Origin: Spironucleus salmonicida
Taxonomy: Eukaryota
Assembly: GCF_000497125.1 (NCBI RefSeq)
Contig: NC_090596.1
Location: forward strand, 62,001 to 126,000
Reading direction: 5' to 3'
Length of the DNA: 64,000 nt
Part shown: piece after piece, positions 40,918 through 53,789 of the stretch
Layout: every line of letters starts with the position of its first letter
How positions within the stretch are numbered: position 1 is the first letter of the stretch
The notes under the pieces: model-generated
What the model saw: only the letters and a program-made list of their open reading frames with translations
The model's database searches: none
What the model was told of the DNA's origin: nothing
Program-made: the position numbers and the translations under genes

Positions 40918-43405
40918 TTATGATTTTTTTAACATTTTAAAAAATAGTGATTATAATTTACCAAAAGATCGAAATTAAAATACTACTTATAACTAATATT
41001 ATTAATCCACTAAATAAACTGATTTTACATTGTTAAAAATCTCCATCAAGATAGCTATAGAATGGGCAATAACTTTCAGGAGAAATTGTTTTGAATTTTG
41101 AGTTACCATTTTAAGGAACTTCATCAAAGCCCACAATTTTCCCTGCACTTCCTGCTCCACACGGGCTATCACCGCCATCTGCGTTCACTGAGTATCCTTT
41201 AGCATCACCTTATATACTAATATACCCTCCAGCTCCACCTCCTGCACAGTAATTAGTTGATTCACCGGATACTATTAATTCTTAAAAATAAACTTTTATA
41301 GCCTTAAGTAATATTACACCACCGCCATTTCCCCCTCTAAATTTATTACACGAATCACCTGAATACCCTTAAATTGGCGAAAATAAAGTTTTATTGTTAA
41401 TTAGCTGTTTGGCTTGGCCATAAGAACATCCTCCAAAATTTACATGTGACCCACCACAACAATCTAAACCTTTAGAATAAGATTTGTTATTTGACGCTTA
41501 TATTATATTTAAATTTATTAAATTTGCATTTATGTCGATTGATGGATTAAAAACGTCTTAAGTCATCGAGAAAACTTAACCTAATAAAGTGACATTCAAG
41601 TCTGGTCTATTAATAATTATTTTTTAAACATGAATAATACCATATTTTCCTTATTATATTTTATGTTCATATAATATAAGTGGACCTTGTACTAAATATA
41701 ATTATAGAAACTAGATACTAGAACAGGTGAATGAAATATCACCGATAATTTTTGAATCTTCATATACTAGTAACTATATAAATACTGTTAATCCAAATGT
41801 TTCTAAAAAATTTAACGACATTTAATTTTAATTAATATATAATGTTGTGCCTTTAACTGTTAACTTCATTAATAATAAGGATTTTGGTATTCTAATAAAC
41901 GCCACACTATTCGGTTCGCTGTTAACCACCTCTAAATGGCTAAATATATGATTCTTAGTAGTTAATTAACAAAATAAATAAAAAATAGACAACGTAAGAG
42001 AACTTTAATACCCGGGATTTGATTTTTAGTCGAGTAATTTGCCATAAGATATTATAGCAGAGGCTTGAATAAATTCCGAAAAAAGATAAACATTATCAGA
42101 GATAAATATTGTTCCATTTTATTCTAAAATTTCTTCAATTCCCTATTTAAATTATGGAGATAATAAGTTTTCTTTAGCTATACTATGGATAATAGTTTCA
42201 TAATACTAAGATAATTATATATTTGGTAAAATGATAGATGGAATATATAACTTTGTTTCTTAATTTTTTGATTAGATTATTAATATAGATGTAGTAAATT
42301 AACTGTCTTTTGAAAAATATGCATTCCGTAAATTAGAAGTATGTTCGACTAAAATTTATGAATATTACTTTACTTCAATATTTTCCTAAATATTCATATA
42401 TTTAACTGATATTGAACTATTTTAGCAGTATAAAAAATCTGTGTATATTTGATTAGCATAAATACTTGAATTAATAACAGTGTAATTACTATATGCTTAC
42501 TAAATTGTTGTAATATTAACATCTGAATTTATAGTGGTAAAATTATAAATAAATTAATGTTTAATTGAGCCATTAATAACATCAGATAAATATAAATCGT
42601 TTGATATTACTACTCCTGTTGACTAGACAAAATATTTGATAAAAATTAGATCGCAATTTACTAGATTATTGTACTAGCTAATAAAATTTGAGAAAACACC
42701 TTTAGTGCAGTCAATTTTAGCTAAATCTAATAATTATATCTTTGAATTTATTGTAATAAAAATAGATGATAGTGAACTGTTGTTATTCATGAAAAGTTCA
42801 TGAATAATAATATTAGATGATACAATTTATCCATTATAAGAAATATTAACTTAGTTGGAGTAAATAGAGCTACTAATAAATCCGTGTAGTAATATAGATC
42901 TAGTGTTAATCATTGTACTATATACTTTTGATTCATCATCGATAATGAGATGGTCTGCATATATTGATGAAATATTAACTTCCGTAGATACAAAGTATCC
43001 TTCATATGTGTATAGTTCTTTTACTATTAAACATGTATTGACCACCCTAATTAATTTTGTACTGATATTTTAGATATTATTTGATTTTGTAGAAGAAAAC
43101 AAAATATTTTAAGCTCTTAGAAATACTAAATCTGATGTTGTAATATTCATAATTAAGTTATTCAAAATATGAAATTAAATACTCCCTTGTTTGATGTAAA
43201 TTCCAAACTTATGGTAAAAATTCAAAATTGTTATAGATCCTTGAATTTCAAACTGCTAAACATATTAAAAATCTTAGACGCACATTATTTTTACATCACC
43301 ATAGACAAAAACTTTATTATAATATTTCAATGGACAACTATAGCATCCTTTATCCAGTAATATTTACTGAAATGGTATTAGTGAACATTATAGTATTTAA
43401 ATCAT
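40880..43405 (-). CDS. Putative single-pass surface protein with Gly-rich GGxGG repeats, 841 aa
   Basis: Frame checked open. beta-rich I/N/S body, GGSHVNFGG, GGNGGGVILL, CAGGGAGGYI, Cys-containing segment, TM LFSGLIILVISSILISIFW. Confidence 0.75.
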
Positions 43406-43501
43406 TTCTAAGGGGAATAATAATATATAATATTTATCATATTAATAAATTCCTTCCCGCGTTTAATAGATACTTTTCATTCATTATTAACATTTCCAAA
43501 A

Positions 43502-43759
43502 ATGGAATACTCCCAATATTTAAAAAATTTCATAAACAACCAGTTACCAGGTTTAATACATAACTACGAGCCTATTAGTAAATTTTCTTTCAATTTATCT
43601 CTTCCAGTTTCAAATCCAGAGACCCCAAATCCTTTGCATAGACGCCGTCAGCTATTTTCAGCTTCCAGAAAAGGATATTATACAGTATAAGATAATAAAA
43701 ACCGAGCTTTCCGTATCTAGGATATTGATAGCGACCGACTAGAGATTGATTTTGATTGA
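43502..43759 (+). CDS. Hypothetical protein, 85 aa
   Basis: Extends track ORF to TGA 43757-43759; C-rich element upstream. Confidence 0.55.
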
Positions 43760-43766
43760 ATGAAAC

Positions 43767-46232
43767 TCACTTTTTAATTACTTTTTCTAGATCTGGCTTC
43801 AACTCCTTCGCACGCTGTTCAATCTACTCTATACCGTATGACCGTAACGCCGAAAATGAAGACAACCTTCCGCTTTCCTTTGGTGCGAATGTTTGCGCTG
43901 TAAAAGTTGTAGGAACTTTTGGGCGGTAAAACTGTTTTTCAAATGCCAATTTCTCCTTCTACAGATCAATATTTTTATTGTAAATAATACGAACTGACGC
44001 TTATGATTGCGGCCGAGGAGGTAGTGATTTTCTATATACAAGGCCGTTTAATGCTTACTACTGTTACTCTGCTGTTCGCTTTGGTTTAATTTCCTATTTT
44101 ACAGTGTTACTGGCTATAACTGATTAATTTACACGTTAGAATTAGCTTTATTTCACTTAAGTTACCTCACGTGGCCTCAGAATTGCTGTGCTTTTAACTA
44201 TGCTATCTTTTTTGGTTTTTGCAAGTGGCTTTTAATTCTTTACCGATATAATTCCTAATTATTTTTTCATTAATTATGAGAATAACTTGGAATCAACTGT
44301 TTTCTTCTTTGATTTAAATTGTTTAAAAACATCTATATCCTCATCGGAGTCATCTGAATCAGAAAACCCTGGCTCCTGAATATTTAAACTATCAATATCA
44401 TAAATTTCGTCTTTATAACCTTCAACAAAATAAACTAAGTGTTCAGCAAGGTTTTCACCCCCCTCTCTTAGAATATTTTGTGTGAGAATTCTCTGTGTTT
44501 TATAATTTTAATTTGGGCTTACATCCTAAGTTTTGATCTGTTATACATCAAAATCATCTTGAAAACTAGAATTAGAATCTGAACATACATTATTTATGAT
44601 ATCACATTAAATATTAGATTTTAAAGCTCTATGAAATGAACACTCTATACAAAATGAATACGGTATTAAGTATTTTTTTTATGTTACTACTCTACCTGTA
44701 TTTTCTTTTCCCTTACTCACACCAAAATTACAGTCACTATAATTAAAAATAGGGCTCTTCTTCATTAAACCAGCAAAATATCCACAAACAGAAGTGGAAT
44801 ATGCGAACATATTGTTCTTTTTAAAATGACCATGAATATCAATATACAACTAAATTATACCACCTTAATCTATTATTTCTTATAGCACCTAATGAACGGC
44901 AAAAATACATGGTGTCATTGCCTATGTTGAACTGTTCCATTTTCTATTAAGGTCAAAGCCTGCATAATTACATCTATAATTACCTAGAATAACACCGTCT
45001 GGGTTGAGCATTGGAATAATTTTAATAATATAATTTTACCTTATTAAAATAGCTTTGGAAGATTGAGATAAAATATAATTTAAAAACCCTTCCATGATAT
45101 AAGATGATTAAGTTTCACCAGGATGAATTCTAGCGGTTACAAAAATAATTTTTCGTTATTTTATTGGGACTGAATCTTCAGACTCTTTTGCAGTTATGGT
45201 TAATAAATCTATATCATTTTGTAGAATTGATTTTTAAATAATTTTATGCATGAAAAGATAATTTGGTTGCTATACTGAATAATTTTATATAATTGAGTTA
45301 ATTTTTAGTTATTATTACATATAATTATAGGGAAAATGCTATGCTACTATGTATTTTCCTTAATTTTTTGGGGTAAACTAAAAGAACAATGAAGAATACT
45401 TATACATTAGATTTGTCTTATCCTCTATATATTAACTATTTGGGCCGTATGTTATATTCTACCCAACAGTCTCCCATCCTTTTCCATCAGAAAATAAAAT
45501 TTGCATACCATTATTATAACTAGATCTTCGCTTTACAAAATTAGCAATTATAAAGCTATATTATACCCCGGGCATAACATTATCCATTTAAAAATAAAAC
45601 CACTAACTATGACTTGTACTATTGCTATCACTTTATATAAGAAGATAATAAACTTAATCCCAAGGATAAAACTCAGTAATACTTCGATTTACACCGTCCA
45701 ATGTTACTGAATCTGTCTTTGTCTCAACAACATAATTCTCATGATCTGGTAATAATTTTTGTGCTATATTTGTTGAGCAGATCTTGACTCTTGATGCAGA
45801 AAATAGATTTCCACTCTCAAATCTTGATTCAAACTGTAAATTTGTTGAGTGACGGTTATAATTCCCAGTATCATTCATGTATACAATAAATTATTATTTT
45901 GTGTTAAGAATCGTTTTAATAAGAGTAGATGGTTAGAAAAATTAGCATGAGCACTAACATATACAAGTAGGCTTTGACTAAAAGTTAGATTTCATTTGTA
46001 CCCCTTCTGTATGAGGAACATATATATTAAAATTATTTGACGTCTTAATATCTTTCTACTATGGACCTAAACCATAGTATAGTGGCGGAGGTTCTGGCAT
46101 CTTAATTTTACTTTTATGCATAGCAACTACCTCATCAAATTTATTAATATTGGCCAGTGTAACTTATCGAAGAAGTTCAGAGCCGTCTATAGAATCGGTA
46201 CCTTCTGATATAGATGTTGAAAATCCATACAT
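43767..46232 (-). CDS. Cytosolic carboxypeptidase (M14D, CCP/Nna1/AGBL; tubulin deglutamylase family), 821 aa
   Basis: [46 protein letters not shown]. Confidence 0.92.
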
Positions 46233-46333
46233 TTTTTAACAAACTATGAGATTTATATATTCAAAATATTGTAGTCTAAAGAAAAATTTGATAAAGTAAA
46301 TTAATATATTATAATAGATTGCATTTAAACTAA

Positions 46334-46801
46334 ATGCGTAACTGGAGATAAAGAACATAATTCTCAACACCAGTAGACTGCGATGTCGCTAGAGAACTAG
46401 GCACTATCAATACCTTTCATAGAAGATAATAATTTAAAAATATGATAAGTTCACGTTAGCAAGAAATTGATATTGAATACTTAAACGATTATAATCATCA
46501 TATTGACCAGTATCACGTTACAGTGCTTCAACGCTATAATGAAAAACTTATGATGCAAATCAAAGATGCCTACACCCAAAATTAGGCATTATTTTTAACT
46601 GAAATAGATTACAACCCTTGTCACACTATTCCATAGCAAATATAGAAATAACCAGATAGCGATTTTTTTGCCAAAATCCCAGAAACCTTGGGCAGAATCT
46701 ATTTTAGCGCCAAAAAATAAAGAGTATCTCAGAAAACGATCAGGAAAATCATTCCTATCCGCTACTGCAAGCTAGAGCCTACGGTTCTGTTTAGAAAGTG
46801 A
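46334..46801 (+). CDS. Hypothetical protein, 155 aa
   Basis: MRNWRQRTQF...VLFRK*, AAGTGA stop. Confidence 0.65.
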
Positions 46802-46812
46802 ATATTAGCATC

Positions 46813-47361
46813 TCACTACAAGAATTAATCTAGTAAATCCAGGCTTCCTACGATAGCATCCAAGTTTATCTTGCTAGCGCGAACCGTGTCCTCCTTGCTC
46901 TTCGTGGAATAAGACTTTTTGACAACAATGCTCTTCCTGCAGTTCTTATCAACGAATTTCTCAAGTACTTTTTGCATTTTGAAGTAGCAGGATGCCCAAA
47001 ATTTTTGGTCGTGTAGTGAAAACTCCTGTTTGAGCTCTTTGATGACGTCTTGGAACTCGAGGTACACAGCTGACTGCGGCGAGCCCGTCACGAAGCGCTT
47101 CTGGAGCCTGGCCTCTGTCTCTATGCACAACTCTTCCTGGATTTAAATGTTTGGATCCACCTTGACAACGTGCTTTTGGAGAATGTTGTTGATGTATTTT
47201 CTAGTGTAAATGGGCGTTTGGTGGGTCGCAGTTGCGCTGAGCTTCACGTACTTCTTCATATCTTTTTCGTCTGGAAGGCTAATATCCTCCAGATTCTTGA
47301 TATTTTTTTCAAATAGTGTGTTGTAGATCGTTAGCAATATTTAATTGTTATCTTTGGACAT
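46813..47361 (-). CDS. Hypothetical protein, 182 aa
   Basis: Joins track ORFs 47143-47337 and 46825-47130 (same frame) through TAA; TAGTGA stop. Confidence 0.8.
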
Positions 47362-47407
47362 TATGGCTGAAATAAAATTATTATATATAAATATTAATCC
47401 GCTCAAA

Positions 47408-47983
47408 ATGTCATTCACATCTTCAGAAAGTTCTTCTCCATTTTCATCTAAAAAAGACTACTCAACAATTGAAAATGACCTTTCTTCATTGTCTAAGAAA
47501 GTATCATCAATAAATTCTTCATTTTTGACAGACTCTACGTTGCCACTTAATGTATCAATTACTTAATCTAGCCGGACATAGCCTGAAAAATATCAGTATA
47601 AGCAAATGCAATAAGAAATGCGAAATAAGTTCTAAAATTAAGGATAATTAAGCAATTCTGAGTAAATATAACATTTCGCTGTCCCGTAATATTATTAATA
47701 AAAATATGCAACCCCATAATCAATAGCCTCTCAGCAACAAAATGAACATAATTACTAAAGACAGTAACCATAACAATAATTACGTTAGCAGTAAACACAA
47801 CCGCCTAATTAGTTTTCTCAATAATAATATACGCCTGAATTTGAGAGAATTAGAATATTAATGAATTAACTAAGAAAAGCAAATTAATAAGGTCTTATCG
47901 AGGCAGGAATTTTTAATGTCCAGTATAAAGAGCTGAAATAGTTATACTATGAAGCTTTATAGGACGTTATTGGCCAACAGTGA
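47408..47983 (+). CDS. Ser/Gln-rich hypothetical protein, 191 aa
   Basis: MSFTSSESS... poly-Q tracts mixing TAA/TAG/CAA/CAG; CAGTGA stop. Confidence 0.75.
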
Positions 47984-47996
47984 AAAATAACTTATG

Positions 47997-48449
47997 TCAC
48001 ACATCCCAGAAACCGCTCTTGTCTAAATTTCCCTTTAAATGCACCTAAACTTGATCAAATCCAAATGAGTTAATATATTTAGTTAAAACTTCCACAATGT
48101 CATCATTTTGATCTTGTATATCTAAGCATAAACTAACAATTCCATTATTATTAAACATAGCGGCGAAGCCAACGATCTCGAACGTAATTTTATTGATCAC
48201 TGTAAGCAATATAAATGGGGCTGTTGATTTATAGGAATTTAAAATCTGTATAAATGCAGCTCTTTTGTCTTCGGGGGGTTAAATAAATTTTTAAAAGACT
48301 TCAGAGTCTACAAAATCGTCAAATTTAAGATAATCAAGTTAAATAACTGGTCTTAAGAAGTAATTACAAGTATGTAAAATAGAAGGTAGCTAAATATGAA
48401 TCTCCTCATGATCTGGGGGAAGCTAGAACATTTTTTCGATTAAGTACAT
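47997..48449 (-). CDS. Hypothetical protein, 150 aa (faint GNAT-like EIVGFAAM)
   Basis: ATG 48449 in frame with TGA 47997. Confidence 0.55.
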
Positions 48450-48480
48450 ATATTATATAATAATTATAGTAGATAAACTT

Positions 48481-49860
48481 TCACTTTTTCGTTAAATCAA
48501 TATTCCATAGTGTTTTCCATTTACCAATAGCAAATTTTCTAATCTCCGTTTATTTCCTTTTTCCGCACTTAAATCCCTCCCCGTACGTCTTTATATCCTT
48601 ATATAAATAATACCAACAGCCTGGACAATAAAATTTTAAATCATCGCCAATTTAATCTGCTTTCAATCCTAAACAATTAGGGTGGAACCATCCATCACTA
48701 GCAAACATACACTTTTCACCATTTTCACATTATACCATCGTCTCATCGTCCGTATTATTCTTACAATAACAGTATACATCATGCTGTGGAATTTCTTATA
48801 GATCTGGTTACTTAGCCTCACTAGGTTCTAAAGTACCAAAAACTTCATCCTCAATATGTGCCTATTCTGCAACATTTGGTGTACTGATAGTTGAGCTTAA
48901 CATTGACAGGTCGCTCTCTTCGTCATAGTTCTCTTAGAAGCATGGGAATGTAGCATATTGTAAGAATTCTCCAATAAATGCTTAAATTTCATTAGTTTTG
49001 TGTTCTTTTTCTAAAATTTCTTGTGCCCTTTTTGCAGCTATTTCTAACTGTTATTGCATTTCGTTTAGGGCTTGACGATGATCGCAATTTTATAAATTTT
49101 TGGGCTTAAAGGGTGGAAACCTGTTGAGTTCGTCTTTGAGTTCTGATGTTATTTCTGCGAATGCAGACAGAACTGTTTCAACTTGATCGTAGTTAAATTC
49201 TTAGCTAGGTTATGATGTTAAAATTGCATTTCGCTAATCTTTGAACTTTTAAAAATTTATGCCCTCAACGAGAAGCGTCATTGTACCTGCTGGAGCAGAT
49301 TAAGATAAAAGTTAAGCAACTTAACTAGCGTATGTTGTATCTACTGGTAGTACCGAACGATTCCCATGAACCCCACTGCATGATGCATATCGAGCATTAA
49401 GAAGTAGATCTGAGCGTTCAAAAGGCAACTCGTTCGAGTCGTCTTCTCCGACTTAAAATAATTGTGAGGAAACCATTCTATTAACTGGTTATTATTCTAG
49501 AAGAAGTCTCATCCCTAGGGCGTTTCTTTACCACCGTAATTCTTAAAGGGCAGCAAATGCATGATTTATTTTCTCTTATTATGTTGAAAGTAAAAAAGAA
49601 AGTCTTTGCTTAATTAAGGTAGGCTGCAATTGTGTATTCTATTTCTATGCTTATTTAATCATTCCGTCAATTTCATTTTCAAGGCGTTTTGTTGTGTTTG
49701 AAAGATGATTAATATGATGAAAATGTTTGAGTGTATAAGGGAATATTAATGCTGAATTTTTACCAAATATTTCAGTAAACGAATTATATTAAATAAGTGA
49801 TAGACTATTTTAAATATATTTTAAAGTCGATACCTTTTGTTGAGGTTAACGACGTGACAT
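48481..49860 (-). CDS. ING-like PHD finger protein, 459 aa
   Basis: VYCYCK..MVQCENGEKC..WFHPNCLGL..FYCPGC near the C-terminus; helical N-terminus. Confidence 0.85.
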
Positions 49861-49922
49861 ACTTATTGAATGGAAAGAAAAATATATAATCAATTATATA
49901 AAATTATACCATTCTCACTATT

Positions 49923-50465
49923 TCAAAATAATTACGGTTATCCGAATGTTATATTATCTAGCGTTATAATACTTACCTACACATTTTTCTATATTTATTA
50001 TCTAATAAATTTTGGTTGGATGCATTTTTACTTTTAATAAACTTTGACATCAGCATTTAAGTAAATATTTTATTTAATGCAATTATATTTAGCGACTTAG
50101 TTTAGGTTTACTTTTGCATAGTTTTACTACTTCAGCATACAAAATTAGGGTAAAACTGTTAAATTTTAGGGTTATTATTTTTAGGGTTTAATTTTACTTT
50201 TTTTACTTTATAAAATATTTATATTTGGGAGTTGCTATCTTAGTTCTTTTATTTATTAATAATTTTATGTGACAACCGCTGAATCTTCAATAGTGCTTGT
50301 AGTTAAATTATTATTTATCTTTTATTTAATATTATCTTCTATAAAAATATCATTCTATAATTCAAATTATTATGGCTAAGACCAATCAATCTTTTTATGT
50401 GCGGCTTTGCCTAAATCTTTTAAAAAGAATTCCTCAACATAAACGGAGTTAGATTAGGCTTTCAT
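49923..50465 (-). CDS. Hypothetical K/Q-rich protein, 180 aa
   Basis: MKAQSNSVYVEEFFLKDLG... open to TGA 49923; AGTGA a few nt downstream. Confidence 0.55.
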
Positions 50466-50666
50466 TTTAAATTCTGAGAACAATTTAATAGTAACAAATA
50501 ATATATTCTTATTTTTATTCAATTTTATTATTAAAATTTATATATCAAATTTATAAATACATTTGCCAAGCAAACCCAACTTATAACTATTAAATAGCTT
50601 AAAATATTGAAGAATAGATAAACCATTTTATAAATATAAATAATCTTTTAATATTCTTACTAATAT

Positions 50667-50739
50667 GGGGCCATAGCTCAGTTGGCAGAGCATTCGACTC
50701 CAGATCGAACGGTCATGGGTTCGACTCCTGTTGGCCTCA
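50667..50739 (+). tRNA. tRNA-Trp (anticodon CCA)
   Basis: Acceptor GGGGCCA/TGGCCTC-A, D arm GCTCAGTTGGCAGAGC, anticodon stem TTCGA-CTCCAGA-TCGAA, T loop GTTCGAC, followed by a T-run Pol III terminator. Confidence 0.95.
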
Positions 50740-50767
50740 TTTTTTGAGTAACTCCCACTTTACCAAA

Positions 50768-51772
50768 ATGATCAATGAAGGACAGTATAATGAACCAGTC
50801 TAAAAATAAAATTAGCAAACTATTTTCTAATCATTTTTCTCAAAAAATAAGTCATCACCAATGCAATAATAACTAACCCGAGTTAATGTTTAGCAAACAT
50901 CGATTAAACCTGAATATGTAGTTTTGCCATAGAAGTTAATAGCAGCATATTCAAATGATTTCTAGCTTAATATATCTCCAAATCCGGAAAATATAAGCTA
51001 GTCACCTCACTTGATTGCAATGGAAATGGAAAATTTACGAAAACAAAGAGCTGAGTCATAAAGCATCGCCTCTGTAGCTATTATTAATACCAGATTAAGA
51101 GAGTAGGATACGAAGCTAGATGATTTAAAGAAACTTATTTAGGATATGTCTAAATAAATTAAAGAATTGAAAAGTGAACTTTCAGAAGTAAGAAATATTA
51201 AGTAATAGCAATCAATAATTAAATCTGAACCTATTAAACCTGCATTTGGTGAGGCACCTCCGCAAATTCAGCAAACTAAAACTTAATTGGTAGTAAAGGA
51301 TGATCCTACATAATAGGCAAACTAATAATAAGTATCTAATCCATTTTAAACAGATAAATAATAAGATGTCACCTAAAAAGTAAACTTTGGATAACTATAA
51401 CCTGCTACAGAATCTTAATCGTCATTTAAATTTAGAAACTAATCTTAAGATTCTATTTAACAATAAGCAGTTTCTGCACCTATTGTTTAGGCAGCTCCTT
51501 AATTTGGCTAGTAACAAGTATCATAACCTTAGTTTGAATAGGCGGTTTCTAAATTTAGTTTCTAAACAAATGAAAAACCTAAAGAAGAAAAACCTACATT
51601 TACTTTCGGGGCTAACGAAATATCTAAACCCTAATCAACTGCTGGATTTTAACCTTTTGGTGCACCTGCTGCTGGTTTTGGGTAGTCAACTGCATAACCT
51701 CTTTAGTTTGGTTAAACAACTGGTACAAATCCATTTGATTAGTTATTCTCAGGAAATAAAAATAAGTAATGA
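50768..51772 (+). CDS. Coiled-coil + FG/FxFG-repeat protein (nucleoporin-like), 334 aa
   Basis: PAFG, VNFG, PQFG, FTFG, QPFG, AGFG, LQFG in a Q/S/P/T-rich C-terminal half. Confidence 0.65.
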
Positions 51773-51822
51773 AAAAATATTAATTATATATATTGATTAA
51801 ATGTATATTTTTTAATTATCAA

Positions 51823-52344
51823 ATGGCTGATCTTTTTATTATTGGGTAAATTATAAAAGGAGTATAATTTACTGAATAAAAATTAAGTTGTTAATGGTCT
51901 ATTTCCACAGGAATTGGATGGTCACATTGCAATGGTGATCGAGAAGGATAATCTAGCTTTGATTAACCAGCTGATAAATACTATGATGGATTTATATTCT
52001 CTCTTCCAATGGAAGTTCATTTTCAAACAATAACTATGTCATAATGGCCTGAAATTCAGCTTTAATTATTCACATAGGATAAGAAGAAATAAAAATAATT
52101 AATTGCACAAGGATCTTGTTTTGTACCATTTTAAAAAGGCAACCATGAACTAAAAGTCCAATGTTGGAAACATTGTAAAGATAAAGCATATATTGAAGGA
52201 TCTTTAGGTACTCCATAAGATGGGTCAATTACTGGAGGCCCTGCTCCAAATTAAATTACTGAACCAAGTGGTTATGTATTGATAGAGTTAAATGTTTGCA
52301 CCAATGGATTTGCTGAGCGCGGTATTGGTGCATCAAATGAGTGA
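51823..52344 (+). CDS. B9D2: B9 domain-containing protein 2 (ciliary transition zone), 173 aa
   Basis: MADLFIIGQIIKG..LSCQWSISTG.GW..G..EGQ..FSLPMEVHF..WP..GSCFVP..G.HEL....W matches B9D2. Confidence 0.85.
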
Positions 52345-52551
52345 GAAATACTTTTTACGCAAAAAATTAATTAAAATTAACTAATAATTATTTATACTTG
52401 TATAAGAAGAAAGAATAATAACAAAGAAGTGGAAAAATTTAAATTTCACGATAGGACGGTTTAATTATAATTACTATTTAGTTAAGTGATAAAACATATA
52501 AAATTACGCTAATTTTTGGATTGGCTGACAACCCTTTTCCGCTCCGCAAAA

Positions 52552-53322
52552 ATGGAGAATGATTATAATAATGAGCATAATTGGGAGAATCATGATAATG
52601 ATGAAAACTACGAGCCCTAATAACATGATTAAAATAGCTAAGAAAGTGTACATGATAGTTCTTCATCATATTCTGAGGAAAACTCGCAAAATGATTCAAC
52701 AAGATACTAATGTGAGTATTGTGGCCGAGGTTTTTCTAGAAGCAATCATTACTAGAAACATTTGGATCGCCATAAGTAAATGAATTCAGCATACACTTCA
52801 ACTTCGTAGCCTCCAAATGTTATTCATTCTATACCTGATCCAAGATATTCTACCTAGCATGAATAAACTTAATAAAAATAGATAACAATTCCTAACTAGT
52901 CATTTTCTTGTAACCAATGTAGATAGTGTTTCTAAACTCCTGATTAATTAATGTAGCATGTCAGATACTAACATTCCAATATTTATACTTGTCCTATTTG
53001 CTAGAAACAATTTAAGCAGAAATATCATCTGTAATCACATATGGCACAGCACACTGGATAAAAGAACTTTGCTTGCCCAATTTGTGAAAAAGGATTTGCA
53101 AGAAAAGATACTCTAGAAGTTCATCTGAGAGTTCATTCTGATGATCGTCATTTTGAATGTGAGGTGTGTGGAAGTAAATTTAAGTAAAAGGGCCACCTTA
53201 CTAGACATATGAATGTACACCTTGAAAGAATTAATGTTTAATGTGAGTTATGTGGGAAATAATTTTTTAGAATGGACTAATATAATAATCATATGAAGAG
53301 ATAACATCTTAATTAAGAGTGA
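52552..53322 (+). CDS. C2H2 zinc-finger protein (six fingers), 256 aa
   Basis: CEYC..H..H, CNQC, CPIC..HTGQKNF, CPIC, CEVC, CELC fingers. Confidence 0.92.
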
Positions 53323-53431
53323 AGTAATACCAACTTTATATTAATGATTAGATGTAATGAATTTCTTAATGCTTTACCTCAATATCAATTATAATTATAT
53401 AATAATATAGAAGTAATGAACTCATTCCTTA

Positions 53432-53740
53432 ATGCCTACAACAAAATTAAAACAAGATTTAGCCTATAAAAATTTAAAGGTTTCTCCAGATTATATATCT
53501 AAAATTAATCACTTACACTGTATAGCTATTAACTGTAAAACTTATTCATCGCAATATAATTATGAGCTTAAATAATTTGCTTTAAGCTGTTAAACTAAAC
53601 TTCATCCATCTATAAAGCATTTAATATGTAAAAATTGCTACTTTTCCTTATTTGATTGTAAGAGGCGTGTAGAGGATAATAAAATAGTTTGTGTATGTGA
53701 AAAATGTTAGTATAGAATGACGATTTGTACCGTATAGTGA
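53432..53740 (+). CDS. RPP21: RNase P subunit Rpp21/Rpr2-like, 102 aa
   Basis: KINHL..LHPSIKHLICKNC..CEKC zinc-ribbon pattern. Confidence 0.75.
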
Positions 53741-53789
53741 GTAAATAAAAAATTTATATATAATATAAATAATATAATACGTTTTTCAA

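Noticed and set aside
50145..50190. Three TTAGGG hexamers (interstitial telomere?)
   Set aside because: Not tandem; they are Pro-Gln codons of the minus-strand CDS.
50667..50739. tRNA-Trp as a UGA-readthrough (4-bp anticodon stem) variant
   Set aside because: The anticodon stem is a full 5 bp (TTCGA/TCGAA), and no in-frame TGA was seen at Trp positions.
51387..51800. 137-aa Leu/Asn-rich track ORF
   Set aside because: Alternative frame of the FG-repeat gene.
1780..53000. Spliceosomal introns (ACTAAC branch-like hits at ~1783, ~24513, ~52967)
   Set aside because: All lie in uninterrupted reading frames, without a matching 5' splice site and fused branch/3' splice motif.
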